64,000 bases of DNA from an uncultured Hyphomonas sp. (GCA_964409375.1 CAYPDA010000004.1:4926-68925), one strand, 5' to 3'. Shown: positions 29,107-39,250, numbered from the stretch's first letter. Notes: a model not told the origin generated them from the letters alone. Numbers and translations: made by a program.

Positions 29107-30129
29107 ATGGACACGGCAGATGAGCGTGAACGCGCCGCCTTGAGACTCTTTGGCGAAGCGCTCGCGCGCGAGGATATGGATGTCCGCTCGCGCATCGAGT
29201 GGCTCGAAGGGGCGGCGGGAGGCGATGGAGAGATCGTGCGCCGGGTCCTGCGGCTGATGGAGGCCGATAGTGAAGTCGCTGCGACAGGCGCGGCGGCGGA
29301 ACCCGCGCCGGACCTCGTCCCCGAAGCCTTCGATGCTTACCAGCTTGTGTCCCTTCTCAGCCTGGAGCCAGCCGGGCCTGTCTACCGGGCGCAGCGCCGG
29401 GACGGCGTGTTTGCCCGCTCTGTTGTCCTGCGCTTCGTGCGGCCCGGACCAGACCGGAGCGGCCAGGGCGCGCTAATCGGCGCAGCCCTCCCGGCTCTCG
29501 CCCAGATGGGCCATCCCTCGATCGCCGCGATCCTCGATGGCGGGACCGCCCCGGGCGGGTTCGGATATATCGTCTCTGAAGATGTGGACGGCGTCCCGGT
29601 TCAAAGGTACGCGGAAGCGGCGGGGCTCGGCGCCGAAGCAGCCGTTGAACTCATCCGGCAAGCCGCCGCTGCGCTGGCGCATGCCCATGCGCATGGTATC
29701 ACGCATGGGGACATTACGCCGGACAGGATTCTCGTGACGCCCGATGGCCGGCCGGTGCTGACGGATTTTGCCGGCTCACTTCTGCGTCAGGGCGCTGCGC
29801 CTTCGGGCAGCCGGGACGATATACGCGCGCTGGCGTGCGTGATGGACGCAGTCCTGTCAGGCTTGCCCCCACCCGGGCTCAATCCGGAAGACCTGGAGGC
29901 CATTCGCGCCAAGGGCGCCTCCAGTGATGCTGCATCCGGCTATCGAAGCGCCGAAGCGCTTGCGGATGACCTGGCCCGCTGGCAGGCCTGCGGTCCGGTA
30001 AGCGCGCTCCCCGCTTCACCGGCTTACACGGTAAAGCGCGCGTTTCAGCGCCGGCCGGTGCGGCTGGGGCTGGCGCTGCTGGGCGTCGCGATCGCGCTCG
30101 TCGCGCTCACGATCCTGCTTCAGATGTGA
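29107..30129 (+). CDS. Degenerate Hanks-type Ser/Thr kinase (pseudokinase) with C-terminal TM helix
   Basis: Kinase order retained (YQLV, VYRA..RDG, HPSIAAILDGG, HGDITPDRIL, LTDF, DLARW) but key catalytic motifs substituted. Confidence 0.75.
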   Translation: MDTADERERAALRLFGEALAREDMDVRSRIEWLEGAAGGDGEIVRRVLRLMEADSEVAATGAAAEPAPDLVPEAFDAYQLVSLLSLEPAGPVYRAQRRDGVFARSVVLRFVRPGPDRSGQGALIGAALPALAQMGHPSIAAILDGGTAPGGFGYIVSEDVDGVPVQRYAEAAGLGAEAAVELIRQAAAALAHAHAHGITHGDITPDRILVTPDGRPVLTDFAGSLLRQGAAPSGSRDDIRALACVMDAVLSGLPPPGLNPEDLEAIRAKGASSDAASGYRSAEALADDLARWQACGPVSALPASPAYTVKRAFQRRPVRLGLALLGVAIALVALTILLQM

Positions 30130-30627
30130 TCAGGCCTTCGGGCTGGAGAGTGCGTCCTGGAGCCAGGCGCGCGCAATCCGCCAGCTTCGCTCAAGCTCTG
30201 CCGGCGCGTGGCCGCTGAAGGCCGGTTGCGCCTCAGGCAACAGGCCGCCATAGCAGCGCACCTCGGACATGCGTGCGAGCATCGGGTCTGCCGCCTCCAG
30301 CTCGGTGAGCGCCTCATCCAGCCGGGCGGCTTCGATCCCGCCGGAAAGCGCGAGGCCTGTGTTCAGGAAAACAGGTGGGCGCCCCGGGAGGCTCGAGAGG
30401 ACCTGGCGCAGGATCGGGGCACTCTCCGCCAGGAAGCGGATGCGTCCGGCTGCCGGAAGCGGGCGGGCCTCGATCAGGCTCAGGGCAGCGCCCTGCAGGA
30501 GCTCTGCAGGGATGATCTCGCAGCGCGCCGGGCTCTTTTGCTGGCGGGCGGTCATCAGACGGGTCAGCAGGTCACGGATCGCCGCGCTGTTGTGTTTGCT
30601 CCCGGGCGGCGTGTCTGCCTTGCTCAT
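30130..30627 (-). CDS. Degenerate kinase-associated ECF sigma factor (TIGR02999-like)
   Basis: LDEALTEL..DP..ARMSEVRCYGGL...RSWRIARAWL matches the LDEAL...ELRFFGGL...W..ARAWL region-4 pattern; RBS GGAG. Confidence 0.68.
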   Translation of the reverse strand: MSKADTPPGSKHNSAAIRDLLTRLMTARQQKSPARCEIIPAELLQGAALSLIEARPLPAAGRIRFLAESAPILRQVLSSLPGRPPVFLNTGLALSGGIEAARLDEALTELEAADPMLARMSEVRCYGGLLPEAQPAFSGHAPAELERSWRIARAWLQDALSSPKA

Positions 30628-30856
30628 GCGTCCCGCTCCGTAGGCTGACATGAGCTCAGACTGGCACAGGCGCGGCCCGGCGCAAACCTTTCGAACGACA
30701 GGAACAGCGGCCTGTTGTTGAAACGGCGCCACACTTCGGCGGGGAAGAAGCGCAACCCCTCCGGGGAGGCTTGCGCCCATGCTGGCGCTGAGGCATGACG
30801 CGCGGCTGCTCAAGGAACTGCCAGGGACAATGGCCGGACACGAAGGGAGGGCAGGC

Positions 30857-32272
30857 ATGAGTGCGATGCGTCTGCCCGCCTGGGCGAGGCCGGTGGATGT
30901 GGCTGACCTGATCCGGCTTTCAGTGCCGATTGCCGTCAGCCGCATGGCGATGATGCTGATGGGTCTGACCGACGCCATCGTGCTCGGCCAGTTTGCGCCG
31001 GGGGAGCTTGCCTTTGTCCTGTCCGCCTGGTTGCCGATCGGCGTTTCGCTCGGGCTCGGCATCGGCATCCTGCTCGGCGTGCAGGTGCTGACTTCGGAGA
31101 TGCTCGGCACAGGACGAGAAGCCGGTTCGGGCCGGATCTTCCGCCGGGGGCTGTGGTGGGGGATCCTGCTCGGCGCGGTGCTGACCCTGCTGCTCCTGCC
31201 GCTCGCCGGGCCGATGTTTCACTGGATCTTTGTCGACATAGCTCCGGCCAGCAGGGAAGCGGCGGCCGCCGCCTCGGCGGATGTCGTGGCGTCGTCCACG
31301 GCGTCGGTCACGCGCATCCTCGCGCTCGGCCTGATGGGTCACATGATCACCCAGGCCTGTTCCTATTACCTTGAGGCCCTGCGCCGGCCGCTGCTCGTGA
31401 CGCTGGTGATGTATGCCGGTGTGCTCATCAATCTGGTTGTCGACCTTGCGCTGGTCGCCGGCTTCTGGGGCTTTCCGCAGCTGGGCGCGGACGGCGTCGC
31501 CTGGGCGACGACCGGCACGCGCTGGGCCATGGTGTTCGTCATGCTGGTGCTGGTTGCGCAGCTCACCCCGGCTTTCCGCCGCTCGCCCCCTTCCGAGGCA
31601 GGTGAAGCGGGACGCCAGCTCAAGGTCGGCACCGGCACGGCGATCTCGAATGTCGCCGAATGGGGCGGCTTCAATGTCACCTTCATCATCGCGACCTGGG
31701 TGTCGATCGCGGCCAATGCCGTCTATGGCTACACGGTTCAGGTCATCGGCCTTTGCTTCATGTTCTATCTGGGCATTGCCACGGCGACGAGCGTGCGCGT
31801 GGCCGAAGCTGTCGGGCGGGGCAATGCGCAGGAGGTGCGCAATGCCGGCCGGCTGGGCGTGGTCGCGACCATCGTCATGGGCGCCCTCCTTGGCCTGATC
31901 CTGATCGCCTTTGGCGGCCCGATCTCGCGGCTGCTGGTGCGTGAGGATGCCGAGATTGCCGGGATCATGCTGGCGCCGGCCATTGCCGCGCTGATGTGGA
32001 TGGCGGCGCTAATCACGGTATTCGACGGGCTGCAGGCGACGGCATCCTTCGCATTAAGGGCGCAGGGGATGGTCTGGCTGCCAAGCGCCATTCACATCGG
32101 TTCGTTCTTTCTGGTGATGATACCGTCCTGCTACTGGCTGGGCATCACGATGGGGCGCGGGGCGACGGGCGTGATGGAGGGGGCGTTCCTTGGCTGCCTC
32201 GTCGCGGGTGTGTTCCAGGTGCTGCTGCTGGAATGGAAAGCGGCGCGCCCGGTGACCGAGCGCGCCGCCTGA
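30857..32272 (+). CDS. MATE family efflux transporter
   Basis: About 12 hydrophobic segments; LSVPI, TDAIVLG, LGADGVAWAT, VRVAEAVG, FDGLQ. Confidence 0.9.
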   Translation: MSAMRLPAWARPVDVADLIRLSVPIAVSRMAMMLMGLTDAIVLGQFAPGELAFVLSAWLPIGVSLGLGIGILLGVQVLTSEMLGTGREAGSGRIFRRGLWWGILLGAVLTLLLLPLAGPMFHWIFVDIAPASREAAAAASADVVASSTASVTRILALGLMGHMITQACSYYLEALRRPLLVTLVMYAGVLINLVVDLALVAGFWGFPQLGADGVAWATTGTRWAMVFVMLVLVAQLTPAFRRSPPSEAGEAGRQLKVGTGTAISNVAEWGGFNVTFIIATWVSIAANAVYGYTVQVIGLCFMFYLGIATATSVRVAEAVGRGNAQEVRNAGRLGVVATIVMGALLGLILIAFGGPISRLLVREDAEIAGIMLAPAIAALMWMAALITVFDGLQATASFALRAQGMVWLPSAIHIGSFFLVMIPSCYWLGITMGRGATGVMEGAFLGCLVAGVFQVLLLEWKAARPVTERAA

Positions 32273-32309
32273 TTCTGACAGCTTCCTCAATAACGCAGGA
32301 AGCAGGCCA

Positions 32310-32576
32310 TCAGATGTCTTTCAGAGCCGATGCCGGCTTGAAGGCCATCGAGGTCTTTTCCGGAATCTTGATCGTTTCCTTGGTTGCCGGGTTGCGGCCG
32401 TCGCGCGCGTTCCGGGTCTTGGCTGCAAATGTGCCGAAGCCGGCGATTGCAACCTGCTGGCGTGATTTCACTGCCGTCGCGACGGTATCGAACAGTGCAT
32501 CAACGGCTTTGCCGGCGTCGCTTTGCGACAGGCCGGAGGCTGTTGCCACCGCTTTGGTCAGTTCACCCTTGTTCAT
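32310..32576 (-). CDS. hup: DNA-binding protein HU
   Basis: MNKGEL, GFGTF, RDGRNPAT, FKP; RBS GAGGAG. Confidence 0.95.
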   Translation of the reverse strand: MNKGELTKAVATASGLSQSDAGKAVDALFDTVATAVKSRQQVAIAGFGTFAAKTRNARDGRNPATKETIKIPEKTSMAFKPASALKDI

Positions 32577-32675
32577 AGGGGTTCTCCTCTAGGTTAAATG
32601 ACGCTTGCACGCCATTACGGCGACATACCCACGATTCGCTGACCGTGAATATGCCGGAATCCCAATAGACACAGG

Positions 32676-33587
32676 CTATACGCCGAGAATCCAGCCCTCT
32701 TCGGCGAGCACGGACCCGATTTGTTCAGGGGAAAGCGATTTGCCTGTGGAAAATTCGGCCTTGAGGAGGCCTTTTTCGTCCAGATCCGCGTAATGGCGGG
32801 CGATTACGCGCACCTGAGCCGCGTCCGCGACTTCGCCTTTTTCCGGTTTGGCCTTGATCAGGGCGGGATAAATCTCTGCCATGACGACCTCGACACCCTC
32901 CAGGCTTGCGGCCGTCAGAGGACCGTCTCCGAGCTCGAAAGGCCAGATGCGGGAGGCCGGCCAGGCCTGTCTCAGGGCGTGCACATGCGGCAGGCCGGTG
33001 AGGGTCTGGCTGCCGACGCTGCCGGCATAGGCGAGCTGCCAGACAGATTTGGGCAGTCCGGCTTTCTTCTCTTTAAGGTAGGATTCGCAGATCCGGAATT
33101 CGGCCAGGGCCGCGCCATCATAGTCCGGCCGGGTCGCCGCCAGCGTCGAGACGACATCGCGGGTCGGCGCGCCCCAGAACGGGAAGGGCCCCTTGGAGAT
33201 CGAATAGTTGAGGCCGGCCGCGATGGCATAGCGGGCATTGGAATTGTCCGCCCTGTCCTTGAGCTTGCCGGCGAGGTGGGCCTGCATCGCCTGCCAGGGC
33301 GCTTGTTCTGACACATCGAGGCCCAGCGCAGCGGCCGTGCCCGCCGGATAACCCAGCGAGAAGTCGAAACCGATGAGCACCTTGTCGCCGCGCTTGGTCA
33401 GCTTGGCGACCATGTCTTCCAGGAAAGCGCGGGCTTTCAGGCGCGTGTCGATGTTTACCGCCCGGAATTGCAGTTTCAGCCGTGCATCCTTGGCCAGCAT
33501 GCCGATCCAGATCGAGTTGGCGCCGAGCGCCGGCTTCGCGGCCGCGCTCCAGTCCACCATGATGTAAGCGTCGAAAAGTGCGGGCAT
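32676..33587 (-). CDS. Conserved hypothetical protein, possible RNase H-like fold (DUF429-like)
   Basis: VDWS, GFDFSLGYP, GSVGSQ, WPFE, EIYP, EEGWILG; host-like codon use. Confidence 0.65.
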   Translation of the reverse strand: MPALFDAYIMVDWSAAAKPALGANSIWIGMLAKDARLKLQFRAVNIDTRLKARAFLEDMVAKLTKRGDKVLIGFDFSLGYPAGTAAALGLDVSEQAPWQAMQAHLAGKLKDRADNSNARYAIAAGLNYSISKGPFPFWGAPTRDVVSTLAATRPDYDGAALAEFRICESYLKEKKAGLPKSVWQLAYAGSVGSQTLTGLPHVHALRQAWPASRIWPFELGDGPLTAASLEGVEVVMAEIYPALIKAKPEKGEVADAAQVRVIARHYADLDEKGLLKAEFSTGKSLSPEQIGSVLAEEGWILGV

Positions 33588-33932
33588 GGTCAGGCTGATA
33601 TCCGGGGGAACTGGAAGGGAATGGCGGGGATGGAAGGTCTTTGCGCTGCCTCATCGGCTTTCACCGGCGAGGCTGCAAGCCTTTTCGTCCGCCGAGCCTG
33701 CAAGCCATTGCGGCTTGGTCCGGTCATGGCGCGCTCCTTCCTTTCCCGTGTCTTGCTTTGTCGCTTATTGTCATTTGGTGGCGGCAGTTATGTCTTCCAC
33801 ATGAATGCGGGTTTGCTGCCTGTGAAGGGGGCAAGGACAAGAATCCGCAACGCCTGCGACAGGCTGCGCCGTGGCGGGGGTTGCCGCAGGGGCGCCGGAC
33901 ATGGCATGCCGGGCGAAAAGGACAGGGCAGGG

Positions 33933-34859
33933 ATGACGAGGCTGAAAGTGGGCGTTGCAGGCGCCGGCGTATTCGGGAACTATCATGCGCAGAAGGCAGC
34001 CGCCTCGGCGCGGGCTGAGCTGACCGGCATATTCGATGTCGACCTGAACCGCGCGGAGACACTCGCTGCCACGTTCGGCGCCCTCGGCTTTTCCGATTAT
34101 GGCCAGTTCATCAGCCAGTGCGATGCCGTGGTCATTGCGGTGCCGGCCACCTGGCATGAGCCGCTCGCCCGCGAGGCCATCGAGGCGCATTGCCATGTGC
34201 TGGTCGAGAAACCGCTGGCACTATCGGGCCTTGCCGCGCGCGACCTCGCCGACGAGGCAGCGGCCCGGGGGCGTATCCTGCAGGTCGGCCACCAGGAGCG
34301 CTTTGTCGCCAAGGCGATGGGTGTGCTCGCGATCGGAGAAACACCGCTGCTGATTGAATCCGTGCGGTCAGGCCCGCCCGCGCCGGGCGGACGGGCCGGA
34401 GATGTCTCGGTGATCTGGGATCTGATGATCCACGATCTGGACCTCGCCGCGATGATGCTGGGGCGCGATTTCACCCGTGTCGAGGCCACTGGCCGCCGGG
34501 TGTTTTCGGATTTCATCGATGAGGCCGAAGCCAAGTTCGATTATGCCAGCGGCGGGCGGGCCCTTCTGAGGGCGAGCCGGGCGGCAGAGTTCCGGGAAAG
34601 GACGATGCGGGTGGTCTATCCCTCCGGCGAGATCGATATCGACTTTCTCACCCGCCGCCTCATCAATACGACGCCTTATGAGGTGAAAGTGGATATCGCG
34701 GCCGACCTGCCCGATCCGCTCGGCGCGGCGGATGAAGGCTTCTACGCCGCCTGTCTCGGCCTTGCCCGAAGCCCGGTGCCTGCGCATGGCGCGGTTGCGG
34801 CGGTGGCGATGGCAGAGGCGGCCGAGGCCGCGGCGCTCGCGGCAGCGGACACCGATTAG
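33933..34859 (+). CDS. Gfo/Idh/MocA family oxidoreductase
   Basis: GAGVFG, HVLVEKP, VGHQERF, DLMIHDLD. Confidence 0.92.
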   Translation: MTRLKVGVAGAGVFGNYHAQKAAASARAELTGIFDVDLNRAETLAATFGALGFSDYGQFISQCDAVVIAVPATWHEPLAREAIEAHCHVLVEKPLALSGLAARDLADEAAARGRILQVGHQERFVAKAMGVLAIGETPLLIESVRSGPPAPGGRAGDVSVIWDLMIHDLDLAAMMLGRDFTRVEATGRRVFSDFIDEAEAKFDYASGGRALLRASRAAEFRERTMRVVYPSGEIDIDFLTRRLINTTPYEVKVDIAADLPDPLGAADEGFYAACLGLARSPVPAHGAVAAVAMAEAAEAAALAAADTD

Positions 34860-36055
34860 GGCGGGCCTGCGTCGGCCTTCGCTTTCTTCAGGGACGGCGC
34901 CACCATCGGGATTGTCAGCATCGTGCTGCCCGCCGCCATCAACAGGCAGGCGGTGAACGCATCATTGGTAATGACGCCCCGGTCGAGCAGGATGTTGGCG
35001 AAGATGATCATGATCAGCGCTTTGGTCTGCAGGAGCCAGCCAATCAGCGTCGCCTCACCTCTCTTCCAGCCGAGCGCGAGCCCCGCGAGCTTGACGCCCG
35101 CCAGCTTACCCGCAACCGAAGCGACGAGCAGCACACCGGCCGCCGCGAACACAGCCATGCCGCCCATGTCCCATTCGGTGCGAAGCCCCGTGGACAGGAA
35201 GAAGACCGGCATGATCGCCAGCAGGATATGGTTGCGGAAGAGGTCCATCTGGGCCTCGTCGAACGTGTCACGTTCGAGCACGGCGCCGGCGAGGAACGCG
35301 CCGACCATGTAGTGCAGACCTGCCCAGTCGGAGACCAGTGCGGCCAGCGCCATCCAGATCAGGCCGACATACCAGCGGTCCCTGGACGGAATACGGATCA
35401 TCAGCCAGCGCACGCCCCGGGCGATGGCGGCGAAAAGGACGAGGAAGATCGCCTGCCGGCCGATGCGCTCCCAATCGAGCAGGATCAGCGCGAGCACACC
35501 CCAGATGGCGATGTCATCGAGGCTCGCATAGCGAAGGATCCGCTGGCCGATGGGCTGGCGCAGGATTTCAAGCTTTTCCATGAACAGGACGAGGATCGGC
35601 AGCGCTGTGACTGCGCAGGCCATGCCGATGCCAAGGACAAACTGCCAGGTCTGGCCGTTGGGGCCCACCCAGCCATCCCCCATCTGCAGGACGATGAGGG
35701 CTGCGCCGCAGCCGAACACGAGCGGTGTGAAGAGGGCGAGGCCGGCGGTCGTCCCCGTCTCACCGCGGTTTTTCCAGGCGGATTTCAGGTCAAGCTCGAT
35801 TCCCGCGATCCAGACGAAGATCATCACCGCCCAGGTCGCGATGCCGTTCAGCATGCTGATGACTTCCGGCCGGAAGACGAAGCTGTAATAGGACGGGAAG
35901 GCTGCGCCGAGAACGCCCGGCCCGAGCAGGATGCCGCAAAGGATCTGGATAACGACAAGCGGCGCGTAGTACTCCGTCTTCAATCCGCGCCAGATCAGAT
36001 AGGGCACGGTGAAGATGATCAGCATTGCCACCAGATAGATTTCGGTGATCGTCAT
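34856..36055 (-). CDS. Cation:proton antiporter (CPA2 type)
   Basis: GILLGP, GIELD, VTALPIL, SLDD, GAFLAG, PVFF; many TM segments. Confidence 0.9.
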   Translation of the reverse strand: MTITEIYLVAMLIIFTVPYLIWRGLKTEYYAPLVVIQILCGILLGPGVLGAAFPSYYSFVFRPEVISMLNGIATWAVMIFVWIAGIELDLKSAWKNRGETGTTAGLALFTPLVFGCGAALIVLQMGDGWVGPNGQTWQFVLGIGMACAVTALPILVLFMEKLEILRQPIGQRILRYASLDDIAIWGVLALILLDWERIGRQAIFLVLFAAIARGVRWLMIRIPSRDRWYVGLIWMALAALVSDWAGLHYMVGAFLAGAVLERDTFDEAQMDLFRNHILLAIMPVFFLSTGLRTEWDMGGMAVFAAAGVLLVASVAGKLAGVKLAGLALGWKRGEATLIGWLLQTKALIMIIFANILLDRGVITNDAFTACLLMAAGSTMLTIPMVAPSLKKAKADAGPP

Positions 36056-36078
36056 GGTTCAGCCCCGGTTGCCGCGAA

Positions 36079-36795
36079 TCAGGTCGAGACGGTGTCCCGG
36101 TAAGCGATCCGCGCGCCGGTACGGGTCTCTTCGGCTGAGACGAGTTTCACGAGTTGGCGCGCCACCTCTTCCGGCGTGGGCAGCGTCATCGGGTCTTCAC
36201 CCGGCATCGCCTCGGCGCGCATGCCGGTACGCGTTGCGCCGGGATCAAACAGGTTGACGCGCAGCGGCAGCTTTTCGTTCTCGTCCGCCCAGGCCTTCAC
36301 CAGGGCTTCAAGCCCCGCCTTGGAGGCCTGATAGGGCCCCCAGAAGGCGCGTGGGCGCGGGACGACACCGGAGGTGATGAACACTGCCCGCGGGGCCGTT
36401 GACTGATGCAGGGCGGGGCCAAGCGCACGGATAAGATGCGCGTTGGCAGTGAGGTTGACCTGGATGGTCTCCTCAAAGCTGCGCGGGCCGCAGGTCTCCA
36501 CCGGTCCGAGCGTGCCGAGCAAAGCGGCATTCGCGATGAAACCGTCCAGCCGGCCGAATTGCCCGGCGACGACCTTGCCGAGCGTGTCGATCCCCCTGGT
36601 GTCCTTCAGGTCCATCGGGACAAGGACAGCTTCGGAGCCGATCTCGCGGATCTCATCGTCCAGCTTCCGCAGCGCGGCCTTGGAACGGGCGACGGCGATG
36701 ACGATGTCGCCCTGCCGGGCAAGCTCTAGGCTGACCGCACGGCCAATACCGCGCGACGCGCCGGTGACGAGGACAAGACGGGAAGACGGTGTCAT
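36079..36795 (-). CDS. SDR family oxidoreductase downstream of purF (alternative start 36825)
   Basis: TGASRGIG, ANA, YQASK, DPGATRTGMR. Confidence 0.9.
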   Translation of the reverse strand: MTPSSRLVLVTGASRGIGRAVSLELARQGDIVIAVARSKAALRKLDDEIREIGSEAVLVPMDLKDTRGIDTLGKVVAGQFGRLDGFIANAALLGTLGPVETCGPRSFEETIQVNLTANAHLIRALGPALHQSTAPRAVFITSGVVPRPRAFWGPYQASKAGLEALVKAWADENEKLPLRVNLFDPGATRTGMRAEAMPGEDPMTLPTPEEVARQLVKLVSAEETRTGARIAYRDTVST

Positions 36796-36817
36796 GGCGC
36801 GGTCGTCAGCGTCCACA

Positions 36818-38269
36818 TCAGACATCGTCCAGCAGGGAAAGCTGGCGTTCCTTGTCGGCCTGGTGGCGGTGATAATCCTGCAGCGGGGTCGGGTAGTCAC
36901 CGGTGAAACAATGATCGGCGAATTGCGGGCTCATGCCATTGCGCATCGGCTCGCCGATCGCCTTGTAGAGCGCCGGGACGGAGAGAAAGCCGAGGCTTTC
37001 GACCTTCAGTTCACGCACCATTTCCTCATGGTCATGGATCGCGGCAAACAGTTCTGATTTGGCCGCCATGTCGATGCCGTAGAAATCGGGATTCACGATC
37101 GGCGGGCTGGCCGAGCGGAAATGGATCTCGCGGGCGCCGGCTTCGCGCACCATCTGCACGATCTTCTTGGATGTATTGCCGCGCACGATCGAATCGTCCA
37201 CCAGCACGACCCGCTTGCCTTCGAGGATGGCGCGGTTGGGGCTGTGTTTCTTGGAGATGGCCGTCTGGCGTCCGGTCTGGGTCGGCTGGATGAAGGTCCG
37301 CCCGACATAATGGTTGCGGATGATGCCCATCTGGAAGGGGATGCCGGAGGCTTCCGAATAGCCGAGCGCGGCCGGCACGCCGGAATCGGGTACGGGCACG
37401 ATCACATCGGCGTCTGCGGGCGTTTCCTCGGCAAGATGATGGCCCATCCGGCGGCGCACTTCGTAGACGGAGCGGCCCTGGATGAAGCTGTCCGGGCGGG
37501 CAAAATAGACATATTCGAACGCGCAGGGGCTTGGCGGACGGGGCGGGAAGGCGCGGATCGATTCAATCCCGGTCTCGCTGATGATCACGACTTCGCCGTT
37601 CTCGATCTCGCGGACGAACTCTGCGCCGATGATATCCAGTGCGCAGGTCTCCGAGGCGAGCACATACGCCGCGCCGATCCGGCCGAGCACGAGCGGGCGC
37701 AGGCCCACCGGATCGCGCGCGCCAATCAGTTTCTTTCCGGTGATGCCGACCAGCGCATACCCCCCCTCGATCCGGTGCATCGCATCGACCAGCCGGTCGA
37801 CAAAACGCGACTTGGGGCTGCGCGCCACAAGGTGAAGAATGACCTCGGTGTCCATGGTGGACTGGAAGATCGCCCCGTCGCGGACGAGTTGCTGGCGCAG
37901 AAGGCGCGCATTGGTGATATTGCCGTTATGAGCGACCGCAAATCCGCCTGTGTCGAGGTCGGCAAAGATCGGCTGGATGTTGCGGATGACAGGCCGGCCC
38001 TGCGTGGAATAGCGATTGTGACCGATGGCGGCATGGCCAGGCAGGCGCTGGCGCAGGTCGCCGCCGAAATTCTCGCCGACGAGGCCCATGTGCCGCTCGG
38101 ACGAGAACCGCTTGCCGTCAAAGCTGACGATGCCGCACGCTTCCTGTCCGCGATGCTGGAGGGCATGAAGGCCGAGGGCTGTGAGGAGGCTCGCTTCGGG
38201 GCTGCCATAGACTCCGAAGACGCCGCATTCCTCGCGGGGCTTGTCGTCATCATGATCGAAATAGACCAT
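36818..38269 (-). CDS. purF: Amidophosphoribosyltransferase
   Basis: EECGVFG, LQHRGQ, GHNRYST, AHNGN, YFARPDS, VPVPDSG, VDDSIVRG. Confidence 0.97.
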   Translation of the reverse strand: MVYFDHDDDKPREECGVFGVYGSPEASLLTALGLHALQHRGQEACGIVSFDGKRFSSERHMGLVGENFGGDLRQRLPGHAAIGHNRYSTQGRPVIRNIQPIFADLDTGGFAVAHNGNITNARLLRQQLVRDGAIFQSTMDTEVILHLVARSPKSRFVDRLVDAMHRIEGGYALVGITGKKLIGARDPVGLRPLVLGRIGAAYVLASETCALDIIGAEFVREIENGEVVIISETGIESIRAFPPRPPSPCAFEYVYFARPDSFIQGRSVYEVRRRMGHHLAEETPADADVIVPVPDSGVPAALGYSEASGIPFQMGIIRNHYVGRTFIQPTQTGRQTAISKKHSPNRAILEGKRVVLVDDSIVRGNTSKKIVQMVREAGAREIHFRSASPPIVNPDFYGIDMAAKSELFAAIHDHEEMVRELKVESLGFLSVPALYKAIGEPMRNGMSPQFADHCFTGDYPTPLQDYHRHQADKERQLSLLDDV

Positions 38270-38389
38270 TGGACGTTCCAGCTTTCGATGACGGCGCCAC
38301 TAACGAGGCGGGATATAGGCCGGTTTGCGCGGCGGTGAAAGAGCGCCGGTGACAGAAGTTTCACAAAAGCGCAGCTCGGCGGCCGAGGC

Positions 38390-39250
38390 TCACAGACCCG
38401 GCGGCCGGGTGAATGTTCCATGCAGGAACACGATATCGGCGGCCCAGGGGTGGCTGGCATTCATCCAGGGCCGGGTTTTCGCCTGATCATCCCGCCAGGT
38501 CCCGATCCGGGGATCATCCGGCAGGGCCCGCAGATCGATCCAGCCATCGCTTGCGCCGGTGATACCGAGTGTTTCCTGGAAATCCTGGACGATCCAGACA
38601 TGGTTCTTGCCAGCAGGTTCTCCGCGCGCGGCGGCGGCTAAGTCCTTTTCGCTCATCGAGGCGGGCGGTTCAGTGAGCCCCCAGAAGATCGCAGGGCGGT
38701 GCGGCGCCGACTCGCGCGCCGCGGTGCAACCCTTGCCGGCAATACGCACCGGCGCATCGATGTTGACCGCGTTCCAGCCGCGCAGCTGCGTCATAAGATC
38801 AGCGAGGACAAGGGATTTCAGCGCCGGAACAATCCCGGCCTGACGCACGATGTCCACTGCCAGGTCACCCGTCTGCGCCCCCCCGATATAGGTATCGAGA
38901 ATGGACGCTCCGCCGCAGGGCGTGTCCAGGATCAGCACGCCAAGGTCATGCTGTTCGGTGAGCGCCAGCGTCAGCGCGGCCTTCAGGCGCGCGTCTTCCT
39001 CGGCATAGCTGCCATGTCCCATGAAGCTGACGAGATCGGCGCCCGCGACCGCATCTGCGAGCGCAATGATGCCGGCATCCGCTGGCGAAAGATCGGCGGT
39101 AGGCTTGAAGTAGGCCGCGGCGGGGTTTGGGTCGGCCATTCCGGTCGGCAGGGCCGCCTCAACGGGCGCCGGAGCCAGAGGCTCGCTCGCGCAGCCGGCC
39201 AGTAAGCTGAGCGCCGCGAGCATTGCCGGACCGAGGCGGTTCATAGGCAT
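38390..39250 (-). CDS. Lipoprotein with a degenerate erythromycin-esterase-like N-terminal region
   Basis: Lipobox LAGC; ADLVSFMGHG...LKAAL...LTEQHDLGVLILD...LDTYI...LRGWN follows the Ere family layout, judged by eye. Confidence 0.55.
   Translation of the reverse strand: MPMNRLGPAMLAALSLLAGCASEPLAPAPVEAALPTGMADPNPAAAYFKPTADLSPADAGIIALADAVAGADLVSFMGHGSYAEEDARLKAALTLALTEQHDLGVLILDTPCGGASILDTYIGGAQTGDLAVDIVRQAGIVPALKSLVLADLMTQLRGWNAVNIDAPVRIAGKGCTAARESAPHRPAIFWGLTEPPASMSEKDLAAAARGEPAGKNHVWIVQDFQETLGITGASDGWIDLRALPDDPRIGTWRDDQAKTRPWMNASHPWAADIVFLHGTFTRPPGL

Noticed and set aside
30628-31110. Long N-terminal extension of the ECF-like ORF
   Set aside because: Overlaps the MATE gene on the other strand; a start with RBS exists at 30627.
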